A stretch of DNA of 64,000 bases, from positions 4,096,110 to 4,160,109 of the forward strand of contig CM082584.2 in the NCBI GenBank assembly GCA_040954595.2, in the 5' to 3' direction. A program made the translations under genes and the position numbers. A model generated the notes under the pieces. The model saw only the letters and a list, made by a program, of their open reading frames with translations, ran no database searches and had not been told where the DNA came from. Shown piece by piece: positions 51,173 to 64,000 of this stretch. The first letter of the stretch is position 1. Each line of letters begins with the position of its first letter. The stretch is from Balanoglossus misakiensis. Its lineage: Eukaryota; Animalia; Hemichordata.

Positions 51173-51321
51173 CAGTGTTCTCCCCAGGAATTGAATTTCT
51201 GACAGAGTGGTTGCTAATTTACATAACAATATGGATAATTGTTATGTTAAAGAGTTTCTATTGTTTTCCAAAAATTACAGAGTGTTGGCTGTGCTCTGAA
51301 ATTGCTCTGGGGAGAACACTA
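51173..51321. mobile_element. Small TIR element
   Basis: AGTGTTCTCCCCAG ... CTGGGGAGAACACT inverted termini. Confidence 0.5.
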
Positions 51322-53346
51322 CAAGGGGGTCATATTGCATTGTCTGATTGCTAATGTCACCATACATGTCTGAATTTAATCAAGCAAGAACTATTATCTG
51401 TTAGTCTTGAAAATTTGTTATTCTGCATTTTCATAGATCATTATGAGTGTGATATGGGGTGGAGGTAAAGTTGGACTGGCTTATTATGACACTGAGACAT
51501 GCCATATTCATCTGATGATGGACATTGCAGAATCTGATGATTTTCCAATGACTAGAAGTGGTAAGATTCATTCATTTAGCTTGCGCCATTAGCTGTATCT
51601 TTTCGCTATGTTTTCAGCAGTTTTGTTTTGCGTACCTACTGCAGTTTCTTGTTCAAATTCCGGAAACACGATGAAATACCCAGTATTAAGCTTATCAACA
51701 CAAACATATATATGTATAGTCAGCATTGTTTATGTGCAAAACTTGAATTCAAGTCCGGACAAGAATTCATTTGTCAATAATAACAATGGCCTTTTATTAT
51801 ACACATACAGGCTATATGTTGACAACGGAGTATATTAGCATGCTATTTGGATCAGAACAAGAAATTGCATAACAAACATACTGAAAATACAGCCAAAAAG
51901 TTACAGCTATAAATGTTTCTTAAATATTCTGTGGAAATGTGCTGTTAGGAAGGGAGGGGCCATTCTGGTTTATTTTTGATTTGTTTGTTGTTGTTGTTGT
52001 TGTGTGTTTTTTTTTTGGGGGGGAGAGGAAAACTCTTTATATGTCTCACTGAGAATAAGTGACAGAAAAAAAACCCACTACCCTAAAAATATAATGGGAC
52101 TCCCACCCCCCTGAAAATATATAAATAATAGTGACACCTCCAGGTGGAATTTTCTAGATTGTCAAGTTTAATAAAAATTGTGTTGACAATATTATCAGCA
52201 GAAAAGTTAAAAAAGCTTGTAAAGGGTAAAGTGTTACTGCTATAATACATTGGTTGTTTACATGTCTTTGCCATTTTGGTGGACTGTTATTCACTACTCT
52301 CTCCTCTCCAGCAATTTTTTATTCTGTATTTTTCAAAATAATTTGTTCCGAAATTAGTTGGGAATGCATTCCAACTAATTTACCCCCACCATGATGATAG
52401 CATTTGATTCTGTGGCCAGAGAGCATTCTGGGATACATATCCTAATTGTATTTGAAAAGGAAATATCAGATTATTGTATGACAGAAATTGTTAAAATTTA
52501 AACTTCAAATCTGAAACTGCCATCCACTTTCCTCTGACAGACCAACTATAACAATATGATTGTCACAATATGTTTATGGCATTTGATGTTGTCTTTCTAG
52601 TCTGCCAGCCTTAAAGGAGACATCCTTTGATTCTTAAAGGGGCAATTTTCAATCCCTGGCTCTTGTTGATACTGGTTAAATGTTTATCTGGAGCAAAGCT
52701 GTTGTTTTCCATTGAAATCTTTATCAATCTATTTGCTTAAATTAGCTAAAGCTGACAAAGAAGGTTCCCCTTTAAAATGAGTCTTCGGAAATAACAAGTT
52801 CAGAGATTTCTAACACAGAATTTTTTTTGTCAGTTTCAAAGCAAATCATCCCAACATGTGTTATTACAAGCAGCAAACAAGATGAAAGAATGTTACATTG
52901 TCTGTCTGAAGAAGGTATGAACAAATCTGGATATTAATTGTTTGTGACAACCTTATGCTGAATATGCCCATAGTGGTTGAATTTGCCCTCTAGGACTTCA
53001 TATAGTACATGTACTAGTAAATACATTCTGATTAAAAGGAAAAAAATCACCAAGGTGCTTTTTCACATGATATGGCAGGGACCTCACACCAGGCTGTACA
53101 TATGAACAATTCATAGTCATATATGATGCTTAAATTGTGGTGATCAAAACACTTACTCGTGTTGTTTGTGCTCTCATCTCATGTCTGCCCTTTTATTAAT
53201 AACATTGAATTTCATTTTACAGTGACTGCTCTTCAAGAATCAACTAGTAACTCTGTCGATCTACAAATCTTGCCAAATATTGATTTCTGTGAGTATACCG
53301 TGATTAGAACCCCTAATTTACCTAATACATGTATAAGCAGTGTTAA

Positions 53347-53748
53347 GGATGTACGCACAGAACATAAACCGGAAACTGCGAGCACTCGTCTTTTTCCCAT
53401 AGGATTACATTGATAAACAAACTTCTACTATTGTCATTTTCACGAAATTTTACAAATAGCTCAGTCCAGTAAATATAAATTCATTGGTCAAATAAAATAT
53501 AGGGGTCACTGCACTCTATTTTGAGATAAATTGCGTTAAAAATTTTGCCCATAGACAAACCATTGGTGAAAAATGCTGAGTCAGCAATTTTCTTCTATTA
53601 TCGACTAAATTCATGGCTCTGTATTTCAAAAACAAGCACGGTGACCCCTATATTTTATTACGGATTTTCATTATACATACAAAGGAGAATCCAAAAATCC
53701 ACAATTAAAAAAAATTACAATACTTTCAATTTTACTGAACGTACATCC
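53347..53748. mobile_element. TTAA-flanked Kolobok-like MITE
   Basis: TTAA-GGATGTACG ... CGTACATCC-TTAA, with an internal inverted pair AAAATATAGGGGTCAC / GTGACCCCTATATTTT. Confidence 0.75.
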
Positions 53749-55919
53749 TTAATGTAAACTTTAAGAACTTCATGATGAAATTATATAAGGGCTCCAAAAC
53801 ATGAATCATGGCAACAATGGTCTATCATTTATGTAGTGGAATAGATAATATAATTGTTTTAAAATATTTATGGTGTATAAAGTCATTCAGATATTACCTG
53901 TATGTGTTGTTGCATTACTGCAAACTTTAGAGGCCGAAAATAACTGCAAAGACGCATCTCCATTTGTTATGCGTTTCTGTGAAATATTAATGTCTCATTT
54001 TGTTTTCATCAAAGCCTTGGAAGCTAGCAAGAGGAGAATCATGAATTTAAATCTATCCTGTGTCCCGGATCACTATACTGAAGATCAAAGACTTATTTAT
54101 ATGTCTTCATTAGTGCCATTCGAACAAATCAACATGGTAAGGTGGTTGGTGAAATAGTCATTGATATACCGGTATAAAAGAGCAATGTTTTCATACACAG
54201 TTTTTTATACTGAGCAAAATCCAACTAGGACCTAGTCATAACTAAAATAATCCTTACTGGTGAATATATTTGGTCCATGTCCACCTTTACTTGAAGTCAG
54301 TGCCTTTATAAACGTCATCACCAAAGTCAAAGATAAACTTTGTATGATGACAATGTATTCACTCAAAGTGAAAGTTCAGAGGGACCTATACTGAAATTGC
54401 AAAAGTATGGTAAAACATGCACAAATAGTTGTCCAACACGCAAACAAATTGATTGTGGATGTAACTTTATTTCATTATACACTGATTTCTAGTGTTCAGG
54501 ACAGTAGATGTATAATAATCATGTATACTGGTGGTAGTAAATAAAAGTTAGATGTCTGTAGGATCAGAATTTTCCAGCATTAATGGAAGTCATGTGTTAT
54601 AGACTTTTCACATTGTATTCATGTTTCAGGTGCGTGCAGCCGGTGGTTTGCTGAAATATTTGGATAAGAACAGAATTGGAGTGGAACTTGAAGATCAAAG
54701 TGTCAGAGTTCCAGTAATTGGTCTTCAAGTATTCACTTTGTAAGTAGACTTTAGTGATTTTGCTGCTGTTATTGAAACAAAACATGTAGTGTCTAAAAGG
54801 GGCAAAGTTGCTCTCTTTTGACCTTTTTATGCTCCCATGTCATACTTGGGGAGCAGGGGTTGGGGAGGGGGTATGTACATGTATATGGCAGGGGGATATT
54901 CGTATAGCCTGTCTGTATTATGTATAAAGGGGAGAACCATTTGATTTCGGGGGGGGGGGTGGGGTGGGGTGGGGGGAGATTTTATAGTTTTCATGGTTTA
55001 GTATAATCCATGTATAGCATGGTACAGTACTCTCGTATCTAACACACTAAACTGTAATAATATATATAAAAAAAGGGCATCTAAAATTCTTACGACGGGG
55101 GTATTAAAAAGACCCTGTTTATAATAAATGCTGCAATATTTCTCAATGCTAACATGGTCACAACCACTTCCCTTCGGCTCTAAATGTTGTGAAGTGCAGT
55201 TTTGTTTGATATGAAAAGTTGTCTGTATTGTTTGACTTCTTGAAACATGCTTAAATATTGGTCAACTGTTAAAGAAAACTGTTAAAAACTCGACTCTGCC
55301 AGTAGACAGAATAGATTAAACTTTAATTTCAAACACATGGCCATAACTTGATCATTGATCATGTGTGTTTTTTGGTATTTTTGGGGGGTATTTCTATACT
55401 TCATGTTGTTGTTGTTGTTGTTTTTAATCTAGTGATTGAGATTGTCTTGTTGAATCTTTTAGGAACTAGATGTTAATGGTTGACCACAATACTTACAATG
55501 CCTTGCAGATCTTTCAGAAGGAACTTCATCCATCCATTTATAAATTTGGCAGCAGTGGTTCAAAGGAAGGTTTGAGTTTATATGGTAAGTTATTGTGTAC
55601 ATGTATTATCATGTCATACATGTACTTCAGTCAGTCTCATTATATTGAACACCTATTGCCTGGCCATGAGGGCCATAGCAGCCGTTTATTACCCCCAAGG
55701 GGCTGTGAGTTACCAGAATCACATGCTACATGTATTTCCATATTTTTTTCTGCTATTTCCCTAGGGATTCATTCTATTCATATCATGTGACAGATTCTGG
55801 CAAATCACGTCACAGTATTAGCATGGGGTATACATGTATTATAAAATCCAATATGGTTGTCAAGGGGCAATTTCATGATCAATTTTCTATGTCTGGAGTG
55901 ATTACTAAGATATGCCTTT

Positions 55920-56343
55920 GGGACCGTCTCAGATTGTCACATAAGCTCAACAAACGAAATAACTATGTTTCATGTCAATTCGTTTAGTGAACTTCACTTT
56001 CACACTTGTTTAGATGACCAAAAAATGCCCTTTTTTATTAAAGCAAAAACTAGTGGTGTACCAAAGAATCTACCTATATCCTGCCTCTCACTTTGGATGT
56101 TCTCTGTTAATTATTCAATTTGATCAATTTACTGTGATTTTCTAACTCTGCAAGTGATCATACTCAGAGGCAAATGTTACTCAAAATCTATAGCCATTCT
56201 TCAACATTGTAGTTTATTTTGGGCATCAACACAAGTTAATTTTTCACACTTTTGAACTTTTGTTTAAGGGTAGGGGGTTTGGATCCAAACGAATACATTT
56301 TGTTCGTTGAGTTTAGGTGACTCAGACAATCTGAAACGGTCTC
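55920..56343. mobile_element. Degenerate TIR element
   Basis: GGGACCGTCTCAGATTGTC ... GACAATCTGAAACGGTCTC imperfect inverted termini. Confidence 0.45.
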
Positions 56344-57937
56344 TTAGAGATCATTGGCCTTTAGATAAACATTGTGCAATTTCATACATTTTTGTGTTGT
56401 GTCTATTTTACTATCCAAAATATTATAATGAAACAAAGATCACTTGATCATAAACAAGACGGATGCCTCCAATGTCCATACGCCAATGAGAGCCATGTTT
56501 ACAAAAGCCTGTGCCTGACCCTTTCCCTTTAGCGTAGCACAGCAAACGGTGGGAATGGGGCAGGGGACCAGACTACACCACCACCACCACCAACGACAAA
56601 CATTCTGTTTGCTTTCGTTTTGTCACTGTTTCATGACATTGTAATAGTCTCGTTCAGTCGCAGGTGCGCACTATATCCATCTTCAGCAAAGAATATATGC
56701 ATGGCGAACGGGAGGGGGGGGGGGGGATATTATGGGCGTGTCCCTGCCCAATTCTCCCTTTATATGGACGTTCCACACATAGTGCCATAAAGCGTTTTAG
56801 GGACTATTGACAGACTGTCCAAAATGTAGAACACGTCCTGCACGCGTGTGACCAACAGATCGTATTGTCTGTGACCTACTTTACACTATTAAATGTATAC
56901 TTTGAACCTTGTTGCACAAAACGTGTTACGCATGCGCTGACTGCATTACCAAGGCTGTAGCGAATACTTCTCCGGATCTGGTACCTGATCGAACAAGGCA
57001 TCATTTGGCAACTAAGGTAAGGTTTCCTAAGTTGTTCATACATCGTTTATTTTGGATGATGGTAGGAAACAATGATGATATCTTTGTGGTCCGTACAACC
57101 TTGAAAATCACCTCTTTTAAGCGAAAGATCTCTACAATACGTTCCGACTGAAACAAAATTTAACAAAAACACTTCCTGGTTCAGTAAACTTACAACCCAA
57201 GAGTAATGGTTGTATTGTTTTTACAAGGTGAATCGCATTCCACTAAATACGGACTATCACAAAACTTATCTCGACAATTTGATCAATGACATTATTTTGC
57301 AATCAATTTGAAATAATCATATCAAATCAAGAGTAAATACAATTATTTTTTCCGTCCTCATGCACATAGATTTTTGAGGTGTTATACATGAAAACAGTGT
57401 ACATGGATATAGACCATCCCCGCCTAGCATTTTGACCACACAACTTTGACCACAAACATTTCACGATTCGCCCAAATCACGATATGTCATGAAATATGAA
57501 AGTGAAAGGGCAGTATGTTTACTATACAACTTTTATTTTTTGAATGGACACTTTTTTAAAGAGATGTGAATCTTGCATGGATTAAGTGTTGTGCGTGCAT
57601 TTTTTTGTCAACCGTTTATCAACATACCTGTCACAAGTTCCAGAAAGAATCGACTCCCTTTAGCCTTAATACCAACGGATACATTTGTTCACATTCCATA
57701 AAACTGACTTTACAGTAAAGAAAACAATTGTGAAATTGCTAAAGTAGTGATGCTTATGATCCGTAGACTTTTGACCACAAGAATAATAAAAAGAATTTGT
57801 GTACCTCGAAGTTAAAATCCTGTCCTGCACTAATTTTATGCACTTGTTGTTGATTTTTGTGCATTCCTTGATCACCTGAAAAGTCTAAATTTTCACCTGA
57901 ATATTTTTGTTCAATAGATCGTAAACCCTAAGACAAG

Positions 57938-60900
57938 ATGGCCACCGCAAACCCCGGGAAATCGTTTTCACAGCAGTTAATGACCGACATCGATGAGAAG
58001 ATCTTGATTTGTCCAATCTGTCAAGATCGGATGACGAGACCCAAAATTCTACAGTGCGTGCACACCTTCTGTGAGAAATGTCTCCAAAAATGGGTCAGAC
58101 AGAGAGGAGGTACCCTCGAATGTCCGACGTGCCGCTTTGTCACTCCGCTTCCCGAAAAGGGGGTCGAAGGTCTCGGTAATAACCTATTCATCAACGATAT
58201 TATCGACATCTTTGACAAGCTGCAACCAACTGCTCCAGATTCGGTGACCTGTGACCTCTGTGACAAAAAAGCCGACAACTGGTGTAAAGAATGCGCTCAG
58301 TTCTTATGTGATGGATGTTGTCTGACACACATGAAGTTACGAACCACAAGAAATCACAAAGTCCTAACCCTGGAAGAGTATAACAACATGGCCGAGTCTG
58401 GTCGGGATCACCTGATTCGTCCACGATTCTGTGCAGTTCATCAGGACAGCCAGTTGGAACTCTTCTGCGACCACTGTCAGAAAACGGTTTGCGTGAAGTG
58501 TGCAATAATCGGTCATAAAGGCACTGCGCACAACTTGGAATCGCTAGAAGATGCGTCGAAGAAATACACTCCCGAGATGCAAATCCTGGTCGACAAGTTA
58601 GCAACCAAAGTGTCTTCACTCCGCGAAACTCAACAAGAGACAGATAGATTCATCCGAGAATACAACAAAAAGAAGAGCAAGGTGCAACAGCAGATCAGAC
58701 AGAAAGCATCTGACGTCATCAAACGAGTCCACAAAGAAGAACAGCGATTACTGGATGAAGTGACGGCAATTGATGGAAAGATCATGAAGGAAGTGCAGGC
58801 AAAGGTCGAAAAACTGGAGTTTGATCTCGGCTGTGCTGAAAACATGAATGTCTACTCGCGAAGTCTGCTGCAACACGGCAATGCAGCTGATATACTTTCC
58901 CAGAAGAAAGAACTGATGCAGAGATTGAATGAAATCATAAATGATCGTTCAACAGACCGATACGTCCCCCCACAAAACACCCGCCTTATTTTTCAAGAGA
59001 ACAACAAGTGCATGCAACTTTCTCTTGGAGAAGTAATCGACCAATCAGAAGTGACACATGCTGCACGTGTCAGCCAATCAGTTGATCGACAGATACTACA
59101 ACAGCAACCTGAGGCAACGATTGAGAAATCTGCGATTAAAAGAGAAATGACCGACCAATCCGGGGTGTCAATTATGTCACGTGTCGGCCAACCAACTGTC
59201 GAGAGGAAGCAACAAAGACCTAAGACTCTGGCCCAGAAGACTTCTGCTCCTGGAGTTGTTACTGGTAATATGCCAAAGGGAACTATGGATGTTGAAACTA
59301 AATCATGGGGCGAATTTCTTATTTCATATCAATTTGCAGATGGAATACAAGGAGTAAGTAGTACAATGAAAACGTTTTGAGCTGCACAGAAGGAATGTAC
59401 TGACTATCGATTTGTTTATCAACATAGTCAAAAGAAAACACGCTTTTCGCATTCAAGGTTAGACTTGCTCCAAGTCTATAGGCTTAAATTTCAGCAAAAT
59501 TTGTTCCGATTTAATATAGCGTGTGTGGAGTGAACGCATTAAGTTGTGGCATCGCGATAGTGATGAACAGTAACCGAAACTCAGCACCGAAATTCAACCA
59601 AGGCAAACAAATGTATGAAGGGTAATGAGTAAAATTAAGAAACGGGGAACACCTGAATTAGTCATGCGAATAGTGGGAATAGTCTAATCCGAGGTGAAGA
59701 TGAAAAGCCGTGACTAGACCACAATGCATGCGTTAGTGATAAGAATGTATCACCCTAAACAATCTGTTATGAACTGTAACAATGAAAAAAATCACTGGTC
59801 TGTACATTTCTTCTGTGCATCTCAAACACCCTTTTTACCGTTGTCGTTGTATATGTTTGAAGTAATGGTTTGGCTAAATGCGTTGCATTCCTTTGCAGTC
59901 CCAGCTTCTCTGTTGAAGTAAATTTTGAACTGTTCCTGGCTTGTCAATATCAATGTCAATATGGGGTATGATATAGAGGGTGAAAAGTGGTCATGTTTAG
60001 TGCCTAAGTCTTGCTGTTTCATTTACACACACGAACACTTATCGGCTATTATATCGACTTAGTTAACTTCTTCGCAAATAACATTATTAATATTCTTTTG
60101 TCAAACTTGGTATGCTAACAACAGAGATTCGTGTATCAATACAAATTATTCACGCTACATGAATAAGTGTATCGGAAATGTTTCCTTAATGTCATCATAA
60201 ACCTGAAAGTTTTGACAGAAAAAGACAGCCAGCCCATCTTGACTTGATGGCCGAAATCGCACAGAAAACGCTACAATCCATGTGTGGCTACACTTCATTG
60301 TTAGTGATGTTTTCGACTGTCACATTTTGATGATCAAAATGAAAGGAAACAGTCACCTCCCAAAATTGAACTTTCATGATTTCACCTTTTGTGGAAGGAA
60401 TCAGATCATAATTGATATGAATATTTATTCTCCGCAAAATCCAATATTTATTCTTAAAAGTTCAGTTAATACACGCATCAAACATGAATGATAACGCAAC
60501 GATTGGTGGGGAACTAACCAAAGCCACACGTCTTTCTCACTTTTCAAAATTTGAAATGTTGACGAGCGCGAGTTGTTTGTTTGAGAGATAAAAATCTGCC
60601 GAAGCGCCCTCAACGGCTGTACGTAAGTGTGTGTCTGCCAAGAGAGTAACAAACTCCGCGATCAAGGAAACATGGGTTTATATCTTTCAAATTATTCCCT
60701 CGGTAAATTTTCCGCCAGATTCCAGTGTGGTAAACATTTATTTTTATTTATTACACCTGATACGACATAAATCAGGAAAACGTCATACAATGCTTCGCAA
60801 GACTTTAATTATTATTTTTATTTTATTATTTTGTTTATTTTATCAACTCAAAAATAACGTAATACATATAAATTTGTTGATAGTTTTTTTTTATAATTAG

Positions 60901-63335
60901 CCATATTTTATCGTAGTATGAATAATAATTCATACGTTATTGTTATTATTATTATTATTACTATTTATTTTTTATTTCCAAACCCTACATCTAATCAAGT
61001 ATTTGTGTGGTTTATAATGATGTTTATTGCTTTGAATCCTTTGTCAGAAATATTTCGATTTCGTCATATAATTTTGGTAAAATCTGACACCATACTCTAC
61101 GAATTTAAAGAGTAAGTACCAAAACTCCCAAATCACGTGATTTGATGCTGCTTGTGTTGCAGCCTGAACATCCAAACCCTGGACAGCCATACAGTGGTGG
61201 TGAGTTTGAAGGATACTTACGGGACGATGACGAGGGTCGTGAAGTGCTGCGGCTGTTGAGGATTGCATTTGATCGCCGACTGACTTTCACCATCGATGGG
61301 GAATCAAACAAAGTAGTCTGGAATGGCATAACACATGAGGAATACATTAGGTAAGTTTGATTTCCGTTATTGCTATTTCATCACACTGACACCCATTTAA
61401 TTTCAATTAACCAACAATACGTTACTTTTTGGCGATGTGTATCAGAAATTTAAAGGGGTCTTCAATCATGTCAGCTCTTGTTTCCCTGTGTGGTTTTGAT
61501 GGCGAACTGGGAGAAAAAACATACATTGTAGGTCATTGGAATAGTTATCAAAATTAAAACAACACCATTCCGGTGCCAGGAAATGAGACACGTAACGTGA
61601 AATACATTTTGAGATCTCTATATGGAATGATTTAATGGAAATGCATAGGAATCCAGCCCTGAAGGTCTAGGTCTCTGCTAGTGACAAAAGTGTACATAAA
61701 TAGGTTATAGCAAAAAAACTGAAATCAAAGTATTTTGATCAGTTAGCCAACAAATCAATAGTACCACAAGTCAAAATAGCAACGGCAAAGAACAGACATG
61801 TATTGAAGCTCATTGAACATGTTTGAGCTCACCCGCTGATGGTGATAGTATCTGTGCAGGTAACCATCTTACTTAATTTTCACGTCTTTTGGTTTCATTG
61901 AACTACGCCTCTCGCACCTGAGTGTGTTCCTTGTAATGGGTACTAATGAGGTCAATAATCAAGTTATCAATTCTTTCAAAATATTTACGGAATTGAAAAT
62001 CAAAATCTACATATAGACACATTCTAATGTGACTCTCACTCAGACAGAAACGACTTGCGCACGTACCTATAAAATTGTTGTAATGTTGATGAAAGGGATA
62101 TCGACATGTTTTATTATAAACACATCCATTCGCAAGTAATTGTGTGACTGTCACAACGTGACGCGCCATTGAAACTGGTAGTATAAGTCGAGTGTGCGAT
62201 GTCGTTTTAGAATACACAACTATAAGCATGTGTAATTCGAATGATCAACCTGCAATCCATTGATTGACACCTAATGGCCATTCCGGTTCCCCAAAGTGGC
62301 TACAAATATTGCAGTGGCATAATTTAATCCAGTAAACGTTTATAAATCCAAGTTGCATCCAACCCATCCCTCATTGAATATCTTCGATTCTGCATCTGTC
62401 CATCGCGATAAATTGGTGGAAAATAGCGAACATAAACGTTTCACATGTGACAATTAAAGCTTAACCAAATACCAATTGCCTCTAGTAAAACCTAAATGTA
62501 TAGTTTTGAACGAAACCATGCAGCTTTCGTTCATAGCACACTTTCAACTCATATCGAAGCCATGGATATCATGGGTACTAGTATATTCTTCTAAAATTGT
62601 TATACTTCATACTGGAACACAATTTTGAAATCCCTATAGCTACTATTATATTACTGTCATGCGCATGTTAACATGTGTTATGTATACTATTCCACGTTCA
62701 CCGGGATCATACAAAATAAACAGAATATGCCACTGTTGGACCAAACAATTGACAGAATTCAGATGTAACAGATCTTGTACGTTATATCTGGTGATGGTCT
62801 GGAAATTGCGATGTTGTGCAAATTATTTGAACTCATAAGATATTTGGCAGCTTCATTTGCTCAAATCTTACTTCTATGACACTCATACTGCACATTATTT
62901 TAAAGTTTTCAAACGGCATTGTTCTCTTTCCAAATTATAAACATGTATAAGTCAAGAGTCTGGGTATAGTTAATGTTGTCGCATTGATGCCATCTGTAGA
63001 ATGTGATTTCTTTTCTTCTATATCCTGTTACTATAGGCAACGGTGAGATCCAATTATTAAGCGGAGTGTTTCTTCTATCACGTCACTTTTTACATTCAAC
63101 ATAACACTGAGAAGAGCACCATGCATTATATTTGTAACAAAAACTTCGTACTGTGCTGTAGTGTATATTTGACATTTCCATTTAATGTCATAATCTTTAA
63201 TCGTTAAGTCGTAGTTGAGAGTTACCAACTACAGATTTGTTTATTTTATCCAGGAATATTTGGAATGATCATAATTACTGGCGATCTTATGTGGCACAAG
63301 TGAAGAAAGAATTGGCTGCAAAAGGAGTGATGTAA
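57938..63335 (+). CDS. TRIM-DTC copy 4; exons 57938-59353, 61163-61350, 63254-63335 (561 aa)
   Basis: Same architecture. C-terminus ..ITHEEYIR|NIWNDHNYWRSYVAQVKKELAAKGVM*. Confidence 0.88.
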
Positions 63336-64000
63336 ATGTCAAGACGCCCTCACAACGTGGTTGTAGCCACCACATGGAATGCATAATGAGAAAGACCTCA
63401 AGTGAATGTCAAGTACTCCATGACGAATAGTCATTCTCTCTCAAATTATTTGGAATTTTAGAAATATTTTATTGTATTCTACAGAATAAGATTTGGTAAA
63501 GGAAATCTAGTGTAGAATAGGATTTTGTCAAGAAAAATGTTGAAGATAAGGATTACTGTGTGTGTAGTCACGGTATATTTCAAGTACAGAATTATCGCTG
63601 ATCTGGTTCAGTTCATTTGGGATAATTGCATAGTAATAAACTTTATAAAACTCTCAGCACAGTACATGTAGCCTACACACTCGACATTTGGTCAGAAATA
63701 CCACATTATCCCAAAGTACAACAAATACTAATTGTTTTTACCCATTGATTTGTAATATAAAAGAAGTTCATTTTTCTTATACTTAGCACTCAAATCTAAT
63801 TCTTGCATATATCCAAGTTATTTTACACAGTGAATGGGGTTTTAACACATTACTACACCAAGTATAGATTTGAAAGCCATATGTTAATTTTTGCACAAAT
63901 AATTTTGAAGATTTTTTAATTCCATCAATACGAATGATATCAATTTATCACATGATAATATGGTTTCTTGAATATAGTCTAACAAGTATTTTTTTTAATC

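Larger units (their letters stand above)
50128..55584 (+). pseudogene. MSH5: MutS homolog 5, 5' portion (coding exons 1-7): 50128-50322, 51437-51560, 52834-52914, 53223-53288, 54015-54136, 54630-54739, 55463-55584; in-frame TAG at 55467-55469
   Basis: Motifs [74 protein letters not shown] match the MSH5 N-terminal half. The exon 6|7 join reads TT|G AAC TAG ATG. Confidence 0.82.

Overview
Eukaryotic, AT-rich, intron-containing DNA. The gene and repeat content suggests a marine invertebrate, possibly a deuterostome; this is an inference. There are three main components. (1) A tandem array of four + strand paralogues (CDS starts 6284, 15003, 22699, 57938). Once spliced, each encodes RING / B-box / B-box / coiled-coil (TRIM) fused to a C-terminal Deltex DTC-like domain split over three coding exons (551-561 aa). 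Introns and scaffold are nearly identical between copies, but three short DTC segments are hypervariable with frame-preserving indels, and the canonical ADP-ribose-binding motifs are eroded. This is a candidate diversified recognition or immune receptor family. (2) All 22 identifiable coding exons of MSH5 lie between copies 3 and 4 in permuted order: exons 8-22 come first (30785-42559), then exons 1-7 (50128-55584, with an in-frame TAG). Both junctions fall in the same MITE of the TRIM repeat unit. (3) A Penelope-like retroelement (RT + GIY-YIG) sits in the first intron of copy 1, with an inverted pseudo-LTR, a hammerhead ribozyme, a retained intron and a target duplication. Many MITEs and a nested foldback are also present. 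All calls come from manual reading; no searches were run.
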